In this document: positions 28,153 through 32,000 of the stretch, one piece after another
Layout of the letters: every line of letters begins with the position of its first letter
Position numbering within the stretch: position 1 is the first letter of the stretch
DNA from: Nitrosospira multiformis ATCC 25196
GTDB lineage: Bacteria > Pseudomonadota > Gammaproteobacteria > Burkholderiales > Nitrosomonadaceae
NCBI RefSeq assembly: GCF_000196355.1
Contig: NC_007614.1
Coordinates: 2,610,001 to 2,642,000 of the forward strand
Direction of reading: 5' to 3'
DNA: 32,000 nt
The notes under the pieces: model-generated
Database searches by the model: none
What the model was told of the DNA's origin: nothing
Seen by the model: only the letters and a program-made list of their open reading frames with translations
Translations under genes and position numbers: made by a program

Positions 28153-30261
28153 CTAGTGCACATGCTCGCCTGGTGGGGGCAGGATCTCCTCTTCGCGGTT
28201 GAGCTGCGCTATCTGCTGCATCAGCATGTCGGAGGCGGACCAGCCTGCGCCATCGAGTTCGGGTATCCAGCGCGCCCGCAGGTAGCCGAAGCGGTCCACC
28301 AGGAACTCCATGTGGTCAGGCAGCGTGCCTGCGCCCAGGAGGTCCGGATGGGAGAGCGTGCGCCGGAACAGGGCATAGCTGCGCACGATCTCCTCCGCCC
28401 CTTCGGTCACGATGGGGAAGTGAACGCCCGCCTTGAGCTGGCCCAGCGCGGCAGCACTCAGGTCATGCTCGGGCACTGCCAGAAGCACCGTGTTGCCGGC
28501 CTGCAGCTTTGCATGGAGCGCTTCCAGTTGCGCCAGGCGCTCGCGGGATTGCGGCCAGGAGAATAATACCAGCAGCACGTTCTTCTGGTTGCGGAAGTCC
28601 TTCAGGGTGCCGCTTGAGCCATCCTGCGCCACATACGAGAAATTGGGCGGGCCCATGTTGGGCTGCGGCTGCTCGGGCTTGACAGCGGGACTCATCAGGC
28701 GCGCCTGGTAGCCGCGCGACATGGCGTGCAGGAAGTTCACCACGTCCCAGCGGTCTTCCTCATCGAGCTTGTCGCCAAAGGAGGGCATGCCGGTATCGGG
28801 GATGCCGAAGGAGAGCCAGTGGAAGAAGTCGCCTGCGGTATGGCGGGCCGTGTGCGGTTCGGTCAAGAGGTCCACCGGCGGCTTGGCAAAGCTCTTGGCC
28901 ATCACGCCGTCGCCCTTGCCCTGCAGCCCGTGACAGGCCACGCAGTTCTCGGCAAAGTGGACGGCGCCATTGGAAATGGAGATGGTGTCAAACGGCACCG
29001 GCGTCTTGCGGTAGGTCTCGGGATAGGCATCCACCGTCAAGGGCGGCAGGCCCACGCCCAATCCGATGACCGCCAGGAGGACAGGCAACCCGAAGCGCAG
29101 CTTTTTGTCCCAGTGCTTCCTGCGCCCATAGAAGACTGCGGCTGCGGCCAGAACGAGCAGGGCGATGCCGCCGTAGACGCGCGGCATGATGACAGGCTCC
29201 CCCCAGGTGGCCGCAAGGGAGAAACGGAAGGAATAGGGCCAGTCCTGGATCAGGGCGTGCTTGGCAGGAACCGTGTTGGCCACGATGGTGGCAAGCAGCA
29301 CTATCCCTAAGGCCAGCCCGAATTCCAGGCTCACCCATTTCCTGAGTTTGCGCCCGCCGTTATCCGCTCCTTTTGCGCCTGCGTCCTCGTAGAACAGCGG
29401 CAGCCAGCTCGAGCGCGCGCGCGAGGCGATGATGAGCACCATCATGAGCAGGGCGATCTTGCCATTGAGCAGCCAGCCATATTTGGTGGCAACCAGGCCG
29501 CTGTAGTTGGTATCGACCATGCGGTAGGTGATGAGGATGCCGGTTGCAATCACCGCCAGCATGACGGGCAGCGCCAGGGTGGAGAAGCGCCGCAGGGCCT
29601 GGGCATCATGCCGGAAAGCTTCCTCGCGCGACTGGAATACGGCGTGGATGCGCTGGAGCGCCTGCGTCTGCAGGGCAGGCTGCGTTCCGGCGCTTCCGGC
29701 TTGCGCCTGCTTCAATTCGCTCTGGGGCTTGCAGGCAAAGCAGACCACCAGGAAAGCCGGCAGGGCGCCAAACCAGACGCTGCCCAGGATGATGTGCAGG
29801 GCGTAGGGCAGAAGCGAGACGACCGAGAGGTCCTCGGCTGCGGCGTGGCTGGCAAGCGAGCCGACCCCTAGGGTCAAGGCCGCCACACTTGCGCACAGGA
29901 TGTATTGCCAGCGTGCGGGCGGGGAGAAGCGGATGTAGAGGGCAATGGCAAAGACGACGAGCGCGCAGGCGGCGCGCGCGAGCCAGATATGCCCCATGCG
30001 CGTATTCTCCATGAGGGAGAGCCAGGCGGCCGGATGCCAGGCGTTCTCGTCAATCCCGGTGGCTTGCGCCGTGGTGGTCGCCAGGATGCCGAACAGGCCG
30101 GTGAGCAGGATGAGGGCAAGCCACGGCAGCGCACGCTCCACCCGCGTGACCCAGGGCGAGTGGACGGAGCCGGCAATGGCCAGAAACACGCAGCCCCCCA
30201 CCAGGATCATGTTGGACGCCAGCTGCGCCCAGCGCAGGAGCGTCGCGATGACCTCGATCAT
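28153..30261 (-). CDS. copD: CopD-family copper-resistance membrane protein fused to a class I cytochrome c domain and a Cys-less thioredoxin-fold domain
   Basis: 702 aa. Residues 1-410 form about 10 TM helices of CopD type. Residues ~425-520 carry the heme motif CVACH (28930..28944) and the distal GMPSF Met. Residues ~540-690 show a beta-alpha-beta pattern (NVLLVLFSWPQSRERL, TVLLAVP, EFLVDRFGYLRARW) resembling AhpC/TSA or TlpA folds, but with no cysteine. The start overlaps the copC stop (ATGA at 30258..30261). Confidence 0.8.
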   Translation of the reverse strand: MIEVIATLLRWAQLASNMILVGGCVFLAIAGSVHSPWVTRVERALPWLALILLTGLFGILATTTAQATGIDENAWHPAAWLSLMENTRMGHIWLARAACALVVFAIALYIRFSPPARWQYILCASVAALTLGVGSLASHAAAEDLSVVSLLPYALHIILGSVWFGALPAFLVVCFACKPQSELKQAQAGSAGTQPALQTQALQRIHAVFQSREEAFRHDAQALRRFSTLALPVMLAVIATGILITYRMVDTNYSGLVATKYGWLLNGKIALLMMVLIIASRARSSWLPLFYEDAGAKGADNGGRKLRKWVSLEFGLALGIVLLATIVANTVPAKHALIQDWPYSFRFSLAATWGEPVIMPRVYGGIALLVLAAAAVFYGRRKHWDKKLRFGLPVLLAVIGLGVGLPPLTVDAYPETYRKTPVPFDTISISNGAVHFAENCVACHGLQGKGDGVMAKSFAKPPVDLLTEPHTARHTAGDFFHWLSFGIPDTGMPSFGDKLDEEDRWDVVNFLHAMSRGYQARLMSPAVKPEQPQPNMGPPNFSYVAQDGSSGTLKDFRNQKNVLLVLFSWPQSRERLAQLEALHAKLQAGNTVLLAVPEHDLSAAALGQLKAGVHFPIVTEGAEEIVRSYALFRRTLSHPDLLGAGTLPDHMEFLVDRFGYLRARWIPELDGAGWSASDMLMQQIAQLNREEEILPPPGEHVH

Positions 30262-30683
30262 TTCGCGGCGGCTTTGTTCTTTATCGTGAAGTCGTGGGAC
30301 GAGTCAACCACATGCCCGTCCACCGACAGCACCCGGAACTTGACCGTGTACTTGCCCGGGCTCAATTCCGGCAGGGGCAGAACGATGGCTTTGGGGTCGT
30401 TGGCATCGATATGCGGTTTGGTTTCGGTGACAGGGGTCTTGGAGGCGTCGAGTACGGAGAGTGCGGCATAGTCCTTTTCGACTTCTTCGTTGAAGAACAG
30501 CCGCACCTGGGTGGGGGCCTGGGTCAGTTGCGCGCGGCGCGCAGGTTCTGCCTTGACCAGCATGGCGTGCGCCAGCGCCGGGCTGCTGTGCAGCCCCGCT
30601 ACCAGCAGCAGGAACGACAAAAGGCTGCCTGCCAGTAAGTGAACACTTGCTCTCCTGTCGGCAGATATCATCGATGGTTGCAT
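30258..30683 (-). CDS. copC: CopC copper-binding periplasmic protein (Cu(II)-site-only type)
   Basis: I trimmed to the ATG at 30683, which has AGGAG 6 nt upstream. Signal peptide ends ...SSPALA, so the mature protein starts HAMLVKAEP with an N-terminal His ligand. SVDGH (DxH) lies near the C-terminus. There is no Met-rich Cu(I) loop. PGKYTVKFRVLSVDGH is the classic CopC end. Confidence 0.88.
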   Translation of the reverse strand: MQPSMISADRRASVHLLAGSLLSFLLLVAGLHSSPALAHAMLVKAEPARRAQLTQAPTQVRLFFNEEVEKDYAALSVLDASKTPVTETKPHIDANDPKAIVLPLPELSPGKYTVKFRVLSVDGHVVDSSHDFTIKNKAAAK

Positions 30684-30964
30684 TTTTGCTCCTCTTATAT
30701 GGGCTCTGCACCCGAAGATCGGGCTTCGGGCAGCCACTGTGGTCCTTGTCTTTTTTATTTGTCCCCGGTTGTTCTTGTTCGATCTGCACCCGGTTGACTT
30801 TTTTGTTCCTGCCTTATTGCATCTTGGACTCTTTCCCGCGCTTATGGTTCAGAGGGGGAGCCAGGCCGCGGCCCATGCCCGGGGTGCCCCCTGCACAAAG
30901 GGACTGCGGCGAGCCCAAGCTCAAGTCAACCTGAAGTCAGCGCTTACTCTCTTCCTTCCCTTTG

Positions 30965-31555
30965 CTAGGCGCTTGCACCGGCGGATTTGCGTCCGCGCAG
31001 GAAGAAGACGGCCGCTCCTATGATCACCGCCGCAATGGCGATGATGAGGTAGGGCGACATGCCCTTGGGTTCACCCACGGAGAAGGGGAAGCGCGAGACC
31101 AGCGGTTCCTTGTCGGTGACGGTCACGAGCCCCACGAACTTGCCAGGCTGGGTGAAGTTGTATTCAAAATTGATGGAGCCATTGGGATAGACCTTGGGCG
31201 GTATGTGCAGGATGGTGATTTCATCGAGCTTCTGCTGTTCGTCGGGAGCGGGCTGTCCGCCTGAACCGGTGTCGCGGATGATGCGCACTTCGGTGGGCAG
31301 GGGGCGCAGCGCTTCTTCAATGTAGTCCAGGGCAACTACGGTGCGGCCGGTATTGGGAATGTCTTCGCAGAATTCCTTCTCCTGCGTGGCATCCGGCTGG
31401 TAGCCGGTAAAGTGCATGGTGTAGGGGCCGATGGTGAGCTTGCATATATCATCGGCAAGCGACAGGCCGCCGTGCGCTTCCACCTGGGAGGAGAAGGGCA
31501 GGGCCAGGGCAAATACCAGTCCGATCAAGGCAGGTTTGAGTGAGGATGAGAACAT
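30965..31555 (-). CDS. Secreted, C-terminally membrane-anchored protein; PmoD/AmoD-like architecture (family assignment tentative)
   Basis: I trimmed to the ATG at 31555, giving 196 aa. Signal peptide MFSSSLKPALIGLVFALALPFSSQVEA, so the mature N-terminus is HGG. A beta-rich domain of about 150 aa contains C-x8-M-H (CKLTIGPYTMH) and a second Cys. It ends in a single TM helix (YLIIAIAAVIIGAAVFFL) with a basic tail. It is a paralog of the next gene upstream. Confidence 0.75.
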   Translation of the reverse strand: MFSSSLKPALIGLVFALALPFSSQVEAHGGLSLADDICKLTIGPYTMHFTGYQPDATQEKEFCEDIPNTGRTVVALDYIEEALRPLPTEVRIIRDTGSGGQPAPDEQQKLDEITILHIPPKVYPNGSINFEYNFTQPGKFVGLVTVTDKEPLVSRFPFSVGEPKGMSPYLIIAIAAVIIGAAVFFLRGRKSAGASA

Positions 31556-31704
31556 TATCAATTCGCCTATATAAGTATGGTGAGTCAGTGAATCAGTGAT
31601 CCTGCAGGGTCGCGGTTGCATTTATCCGCCGCTGTTTTGCCAGGCTTGTGTCCGGCGCTCCTCTGCAACGGCAGGAGCCGGTTTATCCGGTGACCTTTCC
31701 TGCA

Positions 31705-32000
31705 TTACGGGTTGCGCGAGGAGCGCCAGCGTTGCACGCGCGGGGATTTCACGAGCTTGTATCCCAGCACGGCAAGCAGCAGCAGGGCGATCAGGGGGCC
31801 TACCGCGGCGCGGAATATTTCGGAATAGTTGATCATCTGTACCCGCAGGGGATACTGGTAGCGCAGGGGCGGCACGCCTTCTGCGGTGATGAATACGGTG
31901 TAGAGTCCCTGCTCGAGGGTGGTCTGGCCCTGGATGACACCATCCGGATGGTGCACAGGACGCAGTTGCGTGACCATCTCGTCCTCTTCGCTCGTGCCCC
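31705..32000 (-). CDS. Paralog of the 30965..31555 product, C-terminal part only (5' end beyond the window)
   Basis: The reading frame stays open to the window edge (GTSEEDE precedes the tracked Met). It aligns with the downstream paralog: HPDGVI/YPNGSI, GLYTVFITA/GKFVGLVTV and PLRYQYPLRV/PLVSRFPFSV. It has the same C-terminal TM helix (AAVGPLIALLLLAVLGY) and basic tail. Confidence 0.7.
   Translation of the reverse strand, partial: GTSEEDEMVTQLRPVHHPDGVIQGQTTLEQGLYTVFITAEGVPPLRYQYPLRVQMINYSEIFRAAVGPLIALLLLAVLGYKLVKSPRVQRWRSSRNP

Noticed and set aside
1-32000. Looked for CRISPR arrays, IS elements/transposases, rRNA, long direct or inverted repeats, toxin-antitoxin pairs and recognisable defence-system genes
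   Set aside because: None seen by eye. The only mobile-element trace is the integrase stump at 18383..18574. A computational repeat search would be needed to exclude short or degenerate repeats.

Overview
This 32-kb window looks like a bacterial chromosomal segment. Gene content and local synteny (trpH-yciO-M50 protease-trpS-scpA-scpB, mltF, cysG, exbBD) suggest a betaproteobacterium, but that is inference and no database was searched. I support about 29 protein-coding genes, 1 tRNA, 2 gene remnants and 2 terminator-like hairpins.

Gene order, left to right:
- partial LapA-like gene, absent from the ORF track
- pbpG-like DD-peptidase
- minus-strand signalling operon: PAS histidine kinase, CheY-like regulator, REC-REC-PAS-GAF-GGDEF-EAL protein
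- exbB-exbD plus a divergent TonB-like gene
- S9 peptidase
- RecQ-family helicase with an unusual C-terminus
- small accessory-looking block: His-box membrane protein, Cys-rich lipoprotein, O-methyltransferase, truncated SDR, GH15 hydrolase
- integrase N-terminal remnant next to tRNA-Ser(CGA)
- housekeeping genes: mltF, 1-Cys peroxiredoxin, cysG, trpH, yciO, M50 protease, trpS, scpA, scpB

The most interesting part is the last ~4 kb (about 27.95 kb to the window end). Base composition jumps from the low-50s to the mid-60s % GC, judged from hand counts of sampled lines. This stretch holds a minus-strand copper-handling cluster: two tandem paralogous secreted proteins with C-terminal membrane anchors (PmoD/AmoD-like architecture, family assignment tentative), a Cu(II)-type CopC, and a CopD fused to a class-I cytochrome c and a cysteine-less thioredoxin-fold domain. 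The cluster runs off the right edge, so its upstream genes are unseen. I found no CRISPR array, transposase, IS element or rRNA.
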